A stretch of 64,000 nucleotides of DNA from Perna viridis (GCA_037379345.1 CM074516.1:248001-312000); one strand, 5' to 3'. Counted from the stretch's first letter, positions 14,730 to 29,173 are shown. Program-made: numbers and translations. The notes: generated by a model not told the origin, from the letters alone.

Positions 14730-15205
14730 ATGCAAACACAAGAAGTCATAGTCTGCCACATATATATACAGTCAGTCATAGCCTGCCACACACAAACACA
14801 ATAAGTCATAGCCTGCCCCATACAAATGCAATAAGTCATAGCCTGCCTCATACAAACACGATAAGTCATAGTCTGCCACATACAAAAACAATCAGTTATA
14901 GCCTGCCACATACAAACACAATCAGTCATAGCCTGCCACACACAAACACAATAAGTCATAGCCTGCCACATATATACATGATAAGTCATAGCCTGCCACA
15001 TATGAACACAATCAGTCATAGTCTGCCATATACAAACACAATAAGTCATAGCCTGCCAGACACAAACACAATCAGTCATAGCCTGCCTTATACAAATACA
15101 ATTAAAGTCAAATCCTGCCACATACAAACACGATACATCATAGCCTGCCACATACAAACACAATAAGTTATAGCCTGCCAATACAAACACGATAAGTCAT
15201 AACCT
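14730..15205. repeat. Minisatellite, 30-bp unit ATACAAACACAATAAGTCATAGCCTGCCAC
   Basis: About 15 copies; source of ORF 14699-15190. Confidence 0.95.
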
Positions 15206-15257
15206 GGAAAGAATTTATATGACAAACTTCTATGGGCGAACAGTTTGTAAAGATTGA

Positions 15258-16185
15258 TCATGGGTACATTAATGGCTAGTACATGTGACAATTGTTCTGT
15301 GACATTGTGGGTACATTAGTGTCCAGTATGTGTGACAATTGTTCTGTGACATTATGTGTACATTAGTGTCCGGTATGTGTGACAATTGTTCTGTGACATT
15401 ATGGGTAAATTAACGGCCAGGATATGTGACAATTGTTCTGTGACATTATGTGTACATTAGTGTCTGGTATGTGTGACAATTGTTCTGTGACATTATGGGT
15501 AAATTAACGGCCAGTATATGTGACAATTGTTCTGTGACATTATGTGTACATTAGTGTCCAGTATATGTGACAATTGTTCTGTGACATTATGAGTACATTA
15601 GTGTCTGGTATGTGTGACAATTGTTCTGTGACATTATGGGTAAATTAATGGCCAGTACATGTGACAATTGTTTTGTGACATTATGGGTAAATTAATGGCC
15701 AGTATATGTAACAATTGTTCTGTGACATTATGTGTACATTAGTGTCCAGTATATGTGACAATTGTTCTGTGACATTATGTGTACATTAGTGTCTGGTATG
15801 TGTGACAATTGTTCTGTGACATTATGGGTAAATTAATGGCCAGTACATGTGACAATTGTTCTGTTACATTATGTGTACATTAGTATCCAGTATGTGTGAC
15901 AATTGTTCTGTGACATTATGTGTACATTAGTGTCCGGTATGTGTGACAATTGTTCTGTGACATTATGGGTAAATTAATGGCCAGTGTGTGTGACAATTGT
16001 TCTGTGACATTATGGGTACATCAGTGTCCAGTATGTGTGACAATTGTTCAGTGACATGGGTACATCAGTGTCCAGCATGTGTGACAATTGTTCTGTGACA
16101 TGGGTACATCAGTGTCCAGTACATGTGACAATTGTTCTGTGACATTATGTGTACATTAGTGTCCAGTATGTGTGACAATTGTTCT
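15258..16185. repeat. Minisatellite, 47-bp unit TGTGACAATTGTTCTGTGACATTATGTGTACATTAGTGTCCAGTATG
   Basis: About 20 copies, two alternating subtypes. Confidence 0.96.
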
Positions 16186-16476
16186 AGACACTGGTCATTT
16201 CACTGAAGCTTATTCACTTATATTTACTTCAATTTGTTATTTTTTAACATTAAAAACCACATGAATGACATCCATCAAACATGAACAATGTTGTCCACAT
16301 TCTTAAAGCAAATTGATATACTGTTTTCAGATTTATAATGGTTAATGAATAGATTGAGAGTTTATTATGAAATAATTAAAATTTTCTTATACAATTCTGT
16401 TGCTACATATGGAAATTCCTAAAGATATGTATGTCTAGTTAGTGAAAAAAGAATGCTGTTTAAAAAGATGCTTCAA

Positions 16477-16941
16477 GGCTAGAAACCACTAATTCCACTT
16501 CCCATAGGCTTCTATGCTAATTTCACAATATTCAATTGCTTCTCTGGACTTTACTTTAACTTTAACCTGCAGAGGACTATATATCAGCATGATTCTACAT
16601 ATGTCAGCTCACAATCCTCAGAATGGCATGTGGGGTTAGCAGACTTGCAGTGCAGTACTGGTCACCGGAAGTGAAGGGTCTATAAATAGCATGGGAAATC
16701 CCAGTGTTTTCACAAGATAGGGGTATATTTAGAAATCATTATGGAGATTAGGCTTCACATCACAAGAAGCAAAATGCACCTATAAAATGTACAGAAATGT
16801 TTTTCCTTTAAGAAACTGTTTAAATTTTTTAAATGAGATGAGAACTTTTTTCACAGCACTATGAGGAACGGGTAATTTCTGCGTAGGACTATTTTTGCGT
16901 ACGTTCCAAATGCTCATTGGTTGAATTGGTGGTCTGTAACC
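16477..16941 (+). mobile_element. ~465-bp non-autonomous DNA transposon (Kolobok-like), copy 1
   Basis: Near-identical to 30815-31281 and 32155-32620; imperfect TIRs GGCTAGAAACCACTAATTCCAC / GTTGAATTGGTGGTCTGTAACC; flanked by TCAA on both sides. Confidence 0.85.
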
Positions 16942-17535
16942 TCAATACTCTCTGTTAATAAGTTGTATACTTAAAAAAAGGGTTTTCAAAAGATGAAAGA
17001 GATGGGGTTGCTCCTGAAATCTTTGATGTGAAGAGGAAACAATACTAACTCTTGGTAATCTAACTTAATTAGTCACAATCATTACCTAATTGAACAGATT
17101 CTTTAATTTCTATATCATTTTTATGTAGATTTTAGGCGTTCAGATATTTCTTTTTCTGCTATTGTAACTAATAAGTTTATTTTACAATTATTGAAAGTTT
17201 AGCTTGTTGATAAGAAATCCTATCTTGAGTGACTCTCCATATATTTTAATTCTGGCCACCTAAATCCTTCTCTTTGTCAATTAGTCAGTGCTATTGATCA
17301 CTATACAGGACAATATTATACTGACAAAAACAGCCCCATATTAAGGAAGTCATGTAAGTAATTAAATGGCATCATTAACTTTTTACCTGCTATTCTGCTG
17401 TGTCCTGTAATGAATGTGTTACCATGGTTACTGTAAAGTTTATAATCTGTGGTTTCTAAGAATATGATCTTGGTTACTTAGTTCTGTGACATTAAAACTA
17501 ACTGTGAGTAATGAGTCAACTGTAAACTGTAAGAA

Positions 17536-17714
17536 TCTTCTTGTTTCACCTCCTGTCTCCTTTTCTAGGATCTTTTTGTTTCACCTCTTGTCTCCTTTTC
17601 TAGGATCCTCTTGTTTCACCTCCTGTCTCCTTTTCTAGGATCTTCTTGTTTCACCTCTTGTCTCCTTTTCTAGGATCTTTTTGTTTCACCTCTTGTCTCC
17701 TTTTCTAGGATCTT
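17536..17714. repeat. Minisatellite, 35-bp pyrimidine-rich unit
   Basis: 5 copies of GGATCTTCTTGTTTCACCTCCTGTCTCCTTTTCTA. Confidence 0.92.
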
Positions 17715-20700
17715 GATGGTTCTTTAGACTTCCTGTAGATAATTAGTGAGACCTATATACTTAGTGTTTGTATATAAGAGTTTCTGGCTGAAGCCAAAAG
17801 GCCTACTCTTATGGCATGTCAGAAACAAAAAAAAATTGCAGAATATTAGTGGAGAAGATATGAAAATAACAATCTTTGTACAGGAACTCAGAAAGACAGG
17901 ACTTTATTACTTTTTTTTATTTTTGTCATCTCAAATCAAGCTCATGTAGATTAAAAAAAAATTTACATATAGCTGCCATTTTTAAAAGTGCCAAGCTATA
18001 TGTAAATCTTCCATGTTTGGTAGATCTAGAGTTATTCTAAGGATCAAGGTTACAATACCTTTGTTCTAAATGATGGTTGTTTCTTAAGAAGCATGGTCAA
18101 CAATTGTCCTCTTCTGACTTACCACTTTATTGTATTAATTTATTATGTCTGGACATTTTAAGGGATTTTATCACAAATCATAAAATTGTGTTTGTTTGTA
18201 TATAGGTTCATATAAAACTTATTGTTCCTGTGATAATTATGTATGTAAACAAAGTTTGACCTTTACCGATGGTCCCTTTAATAAATGAAGTTACATCATA
18301 GTGACACTATGTAGGCCTCTCAGAGTAGTTATGTACAATATATACCAAAGGCTGGCAATGTAGTGTGTGCTATGGGCTAGCTGTCAATACTGAGAGTAGG
18401 GATGCATACTGAGAATAGGGATGCATACTATAGGCTGGCAATGCTGAGAAACCTTTGAGTACAACTTCAAGAAAATAATGCATTTCATCAACTCCCTTTT
18501 TCTGTGATATATATTATCAATCACACAAACCAATTTTAATTCTGAAGGAGATTTCAAAGGTGTTGATCAATAATTTTAAGAGAAGGTTGGCTGGTTGAAA
18601 AGGGAGGGGCACAGAGCACTGAACATTTGAATGATTTTTTTTTTAAAGAAGCACTTATTGTTTTTTATCTGTACTAAATAAAAGAAAGGGTGTTTATTTA
18701 TAATTTTATCGATCATAGCAGTTTTTAGTTGGTAGGAGGTCATTTTAGTCTGGGAATGGTTGTTTTAGTTCATTTCCATTGTTTTGTTCCAATGGATTTT
18801 AAAATTCTGACATATAGTATAATGATAGTGTCATATACCTTAACATAGATGAAGATTTCATATGATAAAAGGATTTTCTATCTACTTGGGAGAATAAGAG
18901 AAGACATTTTAGCCCTTAAACTTTCTTATGTCTTGGTTAAAATATATCTTGACTTACACTGAATCATATGAAAAGAAATGCTAGAGACTATTGTAAAACT
19001 ATAGATTTTTTTATTTATAATTGAATTCCTTTATTGTCATTGATTAGAACAGTAAATTCAGAAAGTGAAGTAAATCCTAGTTTCTAAGTTGAATATATTG
19101 TAAAATGCTTCTTTTATGGAAAAGTTAATTCATTTTAGTTTTCAACTAAAAATGTAAAATGGAAGAAGAATGTACCAGAACTGTTTTACATGAATTTTAT
19201 ATATTTTGACATACTACAAAAAAATCTTATATTATGCACCCTTAAGTAATGATATCTTACACACTTCAACAGTCATTGCTACACTTGAAAGAACAAATAC
19301 TCTCTAATTTAATTGACATGAACAGACTTTTTGAAACAAACTACATCTTGTATATGAACATTTTTTTTTCATTTCATATTTTGTTATCCCTTATAATATC
19401 ATTTCTCTAATGAGACTTTAAATTGCATATATACTGTACAGGAACAAATCCAGAAATTCATAATATAGAGGGGTTCTGACTTGGAAATATACACAAAATC
19501 AACAAAAATTTCCAACAAAAGGGGGAACCCCCTGGATCCTCACTCTGGATTTACCACTGTTGTCTTATTTTCACTATTTTTTTAAATTCCTATAAAAGTT
19601 GATTAAAACATAACCTGTATAGTGTACTTTGTGTATATATTCCTGTGTGGTATCAGTGGCATAAACACAAGATCCATGTTACATATTAAATTGCCTATAG
19701 TGTTATCATAAAGTTTTCTATCTATAAGAAGTTTAGGAAAACAATGTTAAGTGACTTTGTACAACCCATTAAAGTTGACACCATTGTCACAATTATTAAA
19801 GTTGACACCATTGTCACAATTAAATCAATGGAATAAGAAAAATTGTAATAGTTTTTGCACCTGTCAGAAATTTTATTCTAAATTATCTTCAACTTCCTTA
19901 AATTACTAATGAGTTACTTTTCTCATGCACTTTTCCAATTAACTCCATTTATGTCAACAGTCTTTTCAGATAAAAATCCATTATCTGGCAAAAGTTAAAT
20001 TTTGATTGACACTTTTATAGTCAAGATTTAACATATTATATAAGAGGTAATAGTATGTCTCTGGAGGGCTTAGCTAGATCTGTTTACACTGTAATATCAA
20101 TTGTTACACTATGCATTTTATCATTGTTTTTTATGCTTAATTCCCTATATCAGAGATAAACCCTAATTCCAAAAAGGGGTGTTAAATCAATAAAATTCTA
20201 ATGGGCATTAATTTATATTGGTGTTAAGTTTTTTGTATTGTTATTTGCCATATTTGAGATGGTCCCCAAACAAAGATAGCAGGAGTATGAATAGGATAAA
20301 TTGACAACAAAGCAAAGCTTAGGACACATGTTAGGAATCAATAACTGTTGGGGAAAAGTGCTGAGGATTGTATTAAAAAACTGTTTTTGTATTGTAAAAT
20401 CATCAAAATGTCAATTGTATTTCTGAACTGATTGAGAAACATTGAATAATTCTTATAAAATTCTATGTTCTATGGTGTAAATTTGGATTTACTCGATTAC
20501 AAGCTGTAATTTTTAGTGAAGAATTATTTGAACATTCAGGGCTACATAAATTTACTTAACCAAATGTAAATACTGCTTATAAATTTGAAGATTTAAATTA
20601 TTCAAAAGGGAATATGTAAACAAGAGCCATAATGCATGATATTTTAGAGGAAGCTCTTTGAAACATTTCAAGTGGAGTCTTATTACTACAGGAGTTGGTA

Positions 20701-20913
20701 CAAGGAGTTTGTACATGTACTAACACTTTCAACGGTCTCCGTCTGCCACTGTTCAAATGCCATGTGATTTGTCAACATTGTACACAACCTATAATTTTAT
20801 GTGAAGTTTTTCATCGGGGGCTATAAGTGCACTATTGGAGAAAGTCTTTTCTTGTATTGTTTTTGTTTATTCAGAACTTAATTTATGGATTCTGTAGTAA
20901 GTGGGATTAGAAA

Positions 20914-20956
20914 ATGGCATTGAATGATATTCAATCTAAATATCTCAGATTCAAAG
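20914..20956 (+). CDS. DMD: Candidate alternative first coding exon B of dystrophin (MALNDIQSKYLRFK, phase-1 end)
   Basis: AAAATGG start context; 43 nt to strong donor AAG|GTGAGT = 14 codons +1 nt, compatible with exon 2 phase. Confidence 0.65.
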
Positions 20957-22159
20957 GTGAGTGTACAGGACTTCGGTGATATATATTTGTTTATATTTTA
21001 TGGAAGTGAATTTTATCAATGTCTAATTGATACTTACTTACATGATACTATGAATAATACACTTAGAAGATAAAGAGTTCTCAAGATCACTAAGTTTTAC
21101 AGAGTAAACAAAATTTAATTGTTAACAAGTTTTGTTTTGAATTTCTGTCTCTTAAAACAACTGGTATTTTGTGATCTGTTTATTCTAAATATCATAAACA
21201 TTGCAAATCACCTTTTTTGTTTTCATTCCAAAGCAACCTTTTTTTTCTTCTACATATATATTTTTATAAGGAGATCCTACACACATGTTTATATCTTTTT
21301 GTGCATTAAAGGTTAAAAATAAGTTTATTGTTTTTCTGCTTTCTGATGTGTCTACCACATTCAGTGAGTGAAATAGCTTGTAGCAATAACTTGTCATTTC
21401 ATAATTTCATAATTATGGGTTTTATTTTTAATGACAAAGAAATTATATAATCTATTACTGCTAATTACATTAATTACTGAAACTTCTGTAGATATTACAT
21501 TATTTACAATGTAATAATCTGTAATTAGGTGATGGTTATTGATCAAAGTGAAGGTTTTGGTGTTGGGTTATTGAAGTAGAGACCATTTATATGGTTCAGA
21601 AGTAGATATTGTTAAATTCTTCTGAAATGTTTCTTAAACAATGTTTTTAAATGTTGCAACAAAATTTAAGTTAATGTAAATGGAAACAAGAGAAAAAAAC
21701 CTCTGAGAAATGAATTATACAAAGAAATGATATTAGAATATAGCTTCTTACATTGACTGTTCCTTAACCAAAGAATTTTACATCAAGCAAAGAATGATTT
21801 TTTTTTTCAAATTTCAGAAACTTTGTGTCAGAAATTATTTTTCATCTCAAGTTTGTTCTGTTCTATTTGTACTTCTTAAAGAATATTGCAAGTTACCTTC
21901 TTTCCTAAATATACAAATTCATGTAAAGAAGGGACCTCCATTTCTCTGTCAGATACATGTTTGATGATGGATGAATATAGAAATTGTTATTTAAATACAG
22001 CTGGTTCAATGAAATGTAGATTAAATATGCAAATTTGTCTCCATCTTTAAATTTATCTGCCATATGGCCTGTTCAGCTAGTGTGAAAGCACTGAAATTGT
22101 TCCATTGGGAATATAGTTCCTATTGGATTATTATTGAACTCTGATAGTCTTCCCTCATG

Positions 22160-22715
22160 CACACGATGTTTAAGCTTCCTAGATAATTCTAGAATACTCG
22201 TCATTGTACACGATGTTTAGGCTTCCTAGATAATTCTAGAATACTCGTCTTTGTACACGATGTTCAGGCTTCCTAGATAATTCTAGAATACTGATCATTG
22301 CACATGATGTTCAGGCTTCCTAGATAATTCTAGAATACTGATCATTGTACATGATGTTCAGGCTTCCTAGATAATTCTAGAGTACTGATCATTATACACG
22401 ATGTTCAGGCTTCCTAGATAATTCTAGAATACTGATCATTGTACATGATTTTTAGGCATCCTAGTTCCTGCTACATGTATTTGGATACTTACATGTAACC
22501 AGCTAACTGTTCCTGCTACATGTATGTGGATACTTACATGTGACCAGCGACAGTTCCTGCTACATGTACTAGGATACTTACATGTGACCAGCCTACAGTT
22601 CCTGCTACAAGTATCTGGATAATTACATGTAACCAGCCAACAGTTCCTGCTACATGTACATGGATATTTACATGTAACCAGCTAACAGTTCCTGCTACAT
22701 GTATATGGATATTTC
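22160..22715. repeat. Two abutting minisatellites (47-bp unit to ~22460, then ~45-bp unit)
   Basis: About 6 copies each; units ...GGCTTCCTAGATAATTCTAGAATACT... and CAGTTCCTGCTACATGTA... Confidence 0.9.
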
Positions 22716-24384
22716 AACCAAGTATTGCATTGTTGTTTTGAAGAAACTCATTGAAAGTTTTTAATTCATGTATTTTGTATTTAGGTTATATGCTGATGCA
22801 TTTGTTAACTTTCACCATATCTGTTCTCTTTTCCTCTATAAATTTGAATTATCGGTTGTTGTACTGTCTTAGAAATCTAAATTATTGGCTGTTATACTTG
22901 TAAATGGGTCTAATTATCTGGAGCTTTATTATTGTAACATTGAAAATCATTTACTATAAAGATGTGAAAATTGATGAAGTAAGAATAAACTGCTTCTGGT
23001 CAGTGAGCTTCTTGGTAGATTCATCTATGTGATTAAATTATTCATTGTCTTCCAAACGAAGTGAAACAGACAATTATACAAGATTATTTAACACTTCTTA
23101 AGGTAGGGATGTTGATGAGAACTGTAAATTATATATATTGTTTGTAAAGCTTCTTTACCTGAATACATCTTGGCAATGTTACTAGTTTTTGTTTGAGAAG
23201 TTACATTACTGTAGTTTGTTTTTTTTTCCGACACAGTCGGTATAGTTTTGCTTTTTACCCTTTGACCTTAAACAGGTGCTTCCATGGAAACACAAGTCAC
23301 CTGATCAAAATTCTGTTTCCAGATTGGCCAAATGCTGATAACTTAGTTGGGATCAAAAAAGGAAATTGACATTGCGTGCCATGCGTTATTATGTGATGAA
23401 AATTATAGTTAAAAAAAACAAATTTTACTGCGTCGGCTATCTTTTTTTAAAGCTAGTACTTGTTTACTTTAATTATGCTTAGGTTTCTGTTTTAAGTTGG
23501 CTTGTGTGTTTTGTCTCTTGACTTTCTAGTTACATATATGTACATGTCACTTATCTATTTACATGCAGAAGAGCCCTAAGATGATGTTTTTATCCTCATG
23601 GAACCAATTTTAATATTTTTTCCTTTTCAAAGTTCTTAAGTTGTTTTCTGAATGCCAACAGAGGTATAAAAGTTTGGAAATAAGTTCCTACAAAATAAAG
23701 TAAGAAACAAGTTGATTAATTTATATTTAGAGATCAACTGTTGTATCAGCCCTAAATTGATTATACAATTAATGAATTGCAATGATAATATTGGTTTATC
23801 AAGATTCAAATTTCACACTTTATCATGATATATACATTTTTATTAACTAATTATTGAATTAATACCCAAGTCAATAATATTATCTTGTATGACATTCCAA
23901 ATGTTGAGGAACAAAAAGGAATTGCCTTCAGAAATTCCAGAAATTTACATAAAAATTGGAAGAATGGAAACCAAGCTGGGAATTCCACATAATTTTCCTT
24001 TATTCCTCAACTTTTATCTTATTTTTTTTAAAATGTTTTTTGTTAAATGATTTTTTTTTTGTGCCCCTCTGTAACTATCAGTTTATCAAAGGTCTTTTTT
24101 TTTTACCTGTGTATGTTACCTTGTAATTACTCAGATAGAACCCTCTGAACTATCACCCATGCTTGGATAACCCTAAACCACCCATCAATTATAATAACTT
24201 TAAGTTACATGTCTCTTCTATTGTCATTGTAACAGTTTTTTTTTTAAAACATTGTCTAATCTTTTTGCTATATCAGATTTGATGAATGTAAAGAATCAGT
24301 AGCAGGATGCCTCCAGGTTTTAACCATTTCCTGTTCTCATTACAACAGAAGTGTTGAAGTGATTTTAAAGTGTCTACTTTAGTG

Positions 24385-24580
24385 TTTGCTAGTACACGTA
24401 TATACCGTATGATGTGCTAGTACATGTGTATACTGTATGGTTTGCTAGTACATGTATGCACTGTATGGTGTGCTAGTACATCTATACACCATGTGGTGTG
24501 CCAGTACATGTATACACCGTATGGTTTGCTCGTACAAGTATATACTGTATGGTTTGCCAGTACATGTATATACCGTATGG
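24385..24580. repeat. Degenerate ~28-bp minisatellite (TGCTAGTACATGTATACACTGTATGG)
   Basis: About 7 copies. Confidence 0.85.
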
Positions 24581-25344
24581 AAGGTTAGTTTGGTTGATGT
24601 ATAATTTATTTTGGTGTTTTATGCTTATTTTTTGTTGTGATTCTGGATGATATTTCCAATCAAAAAAAACACAGGAAAAAGTGTCATAATGTATGACATG
24701 GGTAACAATTTAACAGCTTAAAAGCTTTATTGTACTTCCTTATAGAAATAGATATCTGAAGAACATAATACAATAAAACATATCCCCATATAAAGCCATG
24801 CAGGAATACCTGGTATTGGTTAATTCCCTTTTCTTTCCTCCTTGTATCATCCAAGCCCTGAATACTGATGTATTAGGACTTTACCATCTTAGCATTAATC
24901 ATTTCTTTTTTTGCAGTTGCTTTTAAGTTACACACATATATACACTTCAAACTTGGACAGTTCAATCACTGTATATCATTGTGTTTCTCCAGAAATAGGT
25001 CTTGTTAAATTAGTTGAGGTTTAGATATTGACAAGATAAGGTTATTTTACTACTCAACTCTGCAGATAAGTTATCAGTGTTTTCTAAGGAATAGAAATGA
25101 AGTAGTAGTAGTCAGCAAACTAAGAATGTACAAGTAACAATATCATTGATGATAGACCTTTCCTTATGATATCAGGAGAGATTTTAATTAAACTTGAACA
25201 GCAGACTACTTGGAATGGTTCTGTTAATGGCTTGATAGAATCTTACTAGATCTAAGAGCTTGGAGAGAGCATCTATAATGAATTGAGCTAGGTTAGGCAA
25301 ATAATGGTAACTCTAATAATAATTTGATAGAGCTTCATGCATTT

Positions 25345-27631
25345 AGGGTGTTATTGGTATAATGGTTGATATACTAGTAGACTTAGGTTGTCATTGCTAT
25401 AATGGTTGATATACTAGTAGTCTTCTGGTGTTATTGGTATAATGGTTGATATACTAGTAGACTTAGGTTGTCATTGCTATAATGGTTGATATACTAGTAG
25501 TCTTCTGGTGTTATTGGTATAATGGTTGTTATACTAGTAGTCTTCTGGTGTTATTGGTATAATGGTTGATATACTAGTAGACTTAGGTTGTCATTGGTAT
25601 AATGGTTGATATACTAGTAGTCTTCTGGTGTTATTGGTATAATGGTTGATATACTAGTAGACTTAGGTTGTAATTGGTATAATGGTTGATATACTAGTAG
25701 TCTTCTGGTGTTATTGGTATAATGGTTGATATACTAGTAGACTTAGGTTGTAATTGGTATAATGGTTGATATACTAGTAGTCTTCTGGTGTTATTGGTAT
25801 AATGGTTGATATACTAGTAGACTTAGGTTGTCATTGCTATAATGGTTGATATACTAGTAGTCTTCTGGTGTTATTGGTATAATGGTTGTTATACTAGTAG
25901 TCTTCTGGTGTTATTGGTATAATGGTTGATATACTAGTAGACTTAGGTTGTCATTGGTATAATGGTTGATATACTAGTAGTCTTCTGGTGTTATTGGTAT
26001 AATGGTTGATATACTAGTAGACTTAGGTTGTAATTGGTATAATGGTTAATATACTAGTAGACTTAGGTTGTCATTGCTATAATGGTTGATATACTAGTAG
26101 TCTTCTGGTGTTATTGGTATAATGGTTGATATACTAGTAGACTTAGGTTGTCATTGCTATAATGGTTGATATACTAGTAGTCTTCTGGTGTTATTAGTAT
26201 AATGGTTGATATACTAGTAGACTTAGGTTGTAATTGGTATAATGGTTGATATACTAGTAGTCTTCTGGTGTTATTGGTATAATGGTTGTTATACTAGTAG
26301 ACTTAGGTTGTCATTGCTATAATGGTTGATATACTAGTAGTCTTCTGGTGTTATTGGTATAATGGTTGATATACTAGTAGTCTTCTGGTGTTATTGGTAT
26401 AATGGTTGTTATACTAGTAGTCTTCTGGTGTTATTGGTATAATGGTTGATATACTAGTAGACTTAGGTTGTCATTGGTATAATGGTTGATATACTAGTAG
26501 TCTTCTGGTGTTATTGGTATAATGGTTGATATACTAGTAGACTTAGGTTGTCATTGCTATAATGGTTGATATACTAGTAGTCTTCTGGTGTTATTGGTAT
26601 AATGGTTGATATACTAGTAGACTTAGGTTGTAATTGGTATAATGGTTGATATACTAGTAGTCTTCTGGTGTTATTGGTATAATGGTTGTTATACTAGTAG
26701 ACTTAGGTTGTCATTGCTATAATGGTTGATATACTAGTAGTCTTCTGGTGTTATTGGTATAATGGTTGATATACTAGTAGACTTAGGTTGTCATTGGTAT
26801 AATGGTTGATATACTAGTAGTCTTCTGGTGTTATTGGTATAATGGTTGTTATACTAGTAGACTTAGGTTGTCATTGCTATAATGGTTGATATACTAGTAG
26901 TCTTCTGGTGTTATTGGTATAATGGTTGTTATACTAGTAGTCTTCTGGTGTTATTGGTATAATGGTTGATATACTAGTAGACTTAGGTTGTCATTGCTAT
27001 AATGGTTGATATACTAGTAGTCTTCTGGTGTTATTGGTATAATGGTTGATATACTAGTAGACTTAGGTTGTCATTGCTATAATGGTTGATATACTAGTAG
27101 TCTTCTGGTGTTATTGGTATAATGGTTGTTATACTAGTAGTCTTCTGGTGTTATTGGTATAATGGTTGATATACTAGTAGACTTAGGTTGTCATTGGTAT
27201 AATGGTTGATATACTAGTAGTCTTCTGGTGTTATTGGTATAATGGTTGATATACTAGTAGACTTAGGTTGTAATTGGTATAATGGTTGATATACTAGTAG
27301 ACTTAGGTTGTAATTGGTATAATGGTTGATATACTAGTAGTCTTCTGGTGTTATTGGTATAATGGTTGATATACTAGTAGACTTAGGTTGTCATTGGTAT
27401 AATGGTTGATATACTAGTAGACTTAGGTTGTAATTGGTATAATGGTTGATATACTAGTAGTCTTCTGGTGTTATTGGTATAATGGTTGATATACTAGTAG
27501 ACTTAGGTTGTCATTGCTATAATGGTTGATATACTAGTAGTCTTCTGGTGTTATTGGTATAATGGTTGATATACTAGTAGACTTAGGTTGTAATTGGTGT
27601 AATGGTTGATATACTAGTAGACTTAGGTTGT
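25345..27631. repeat. Minisatellite, 40-bp unit with two alternating variants (80-bp higher-order repeat)
   Basis: About 57 highly homogeneous copies: ACTTAGGTTGTCATTGCTAT or TCTTCTGGTGTTATTGGTAT, each followed by AATGGTTGATATACTAGTAG. Confidence 0.98.
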
Positions 27632-28147
27632 GGGTTTCTGAGAATTACTTGATTTAATATAGTCTGAATTATGGTTACTCTAGACAAAGATTCTGAGAAT
27701 TACTTAACTTAATAATGTGGTTACCAAGGAGACTTAATGTTATAAGTTAGACTGGCTTTAGCCCTCCAGTGTAACAACTACTCTGTCATTTAGATAGATA
27801 GATTATAATATTATTAAGAACAAGATCTAAATCCCTCATTGATCATTCTTCAGTTGTAGTTAAGGTGTTTAACAAATAATTAACTTTATATAAACTTGTG
27901 ATGGCATTTGAGTTTATACATGTATGAGTTTATAGGGGAGGAATAGTGTTTTACTCAAAATATTCTTAACAACTCCACAATTTTGTAATGAGACCAAACA
28001 TCCTTGTTAAATTATTTAGGTATAGATGACTGTCTGTAAAAATCTTACAGTAATTGAATTTTGTGGTAAAGAGTATGATAGGATCCATTTATAATGGATG
28101 AATACCTTTGGTTCTTGTTTTATTGTTGAAATCAAAGAAGCTATGAA

Positions 28148-29093
28148 TATTTGTCCACAGTAAACCACTGTCCACGATTACTATACCAGTTTATCCATAT
28201 TGTAGTTATTTGTCCACAGTAAACCACTGTCCAGGATATTGCTATACTAGTTTATCCATATTGTAGTTATTTGTCTACAGTAAACCATTGTCCAGGATTA
28301 CTATACCAGTTTATACATATTGTAGTTATTTGTCTACAGTAAACCACCATCCAGGATTACTATACCAGTTTATCCATATTGTAGTTATTTGTCCACAGTA
28401 AACCACTGTCCAGGATTACTATACCAGTTTATCCATATTGTAGTTGTTTGTCCACAGTAAACCACTGTCCAGGATTACTACACTAGTTTATCCATATTGT
28501 AGTTGTTTGTCCACAGTAAACCACTGTCCAGGATTACTATACCAGTTTATCCATATTGTACTTATTTGTCTACAGTAAACCATTGTCCAGGATTACTATA
28601 CCAGTTTATACATATTGTAGTTATTTGTCTACAGTAAACCACCATCCAGGATTACTATACCAGTTTATCCATATTGTAGTTATTTGTCCACAGTAAACCA
28701 CTGTCCACGATTACTATACCAGTTTTTTCATATTGTAGTTATTTGTCCACAGTAAACCATTGTCCAGGATTACTATACCAGTTTTTCCATATTGTAGTTA
28801 TTTGTCCACAGTAAATCACTGTCCAGGATTACTATACCAGTTTATCCATATTGTAGTTATTTGTCTACAGTAAACCACTGTCCAGGATTACTATACCAGT
28901 TTTTCCATATTGTAGTTATTTGTCCACAGTAAACCATCATCCAGGATTACTATACCAGTTTATCCATATTGTAGTTGTTGTCCACAGTAAACCACTGTCC
29001 AGGATTACTACACTAGTTTATCCATATTGTAGTTATTTGTCCACAGTAAACCACTGTCCAGGATTACTATACCAGTTTATCCATATTGTAGTT
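28148..29093. repeat. Minisatellite, 59-bp unit
   Basis: About 16 copies of TTTGTCCACAGTAAACCACTGTCCAGGATTACTATACCAGTTTATCCATATTGTAGTTA. Confidence 0.96.
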
Positions 29094-29173
29094 TTAAAAT
29101 TGATAATTGTTATAAGTACTTGTTTATACTTCCCTTGTTTATACTTCCCTTGCTAATATGTTCTCTCCTACAG

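Noticed and set aside
14699-15190. 163-aa Cys/Trp-rich minus-strand ORF
   Set aside because: 30-bp minisatellite read-through.
17418-17431. RFX X-box-like palindrome GTTACCATGGTTAC (similar motif near 23278)
   Set aside because: Imperfect isolated motifs, expected by chance in 64 kb.
6836-29093. Regularly spaced repeats as possible CRISPR arrays
   Set aside because: Units are head-to-tail without unique spacers, there are no cas genes, and the context is eukaryotic intron.
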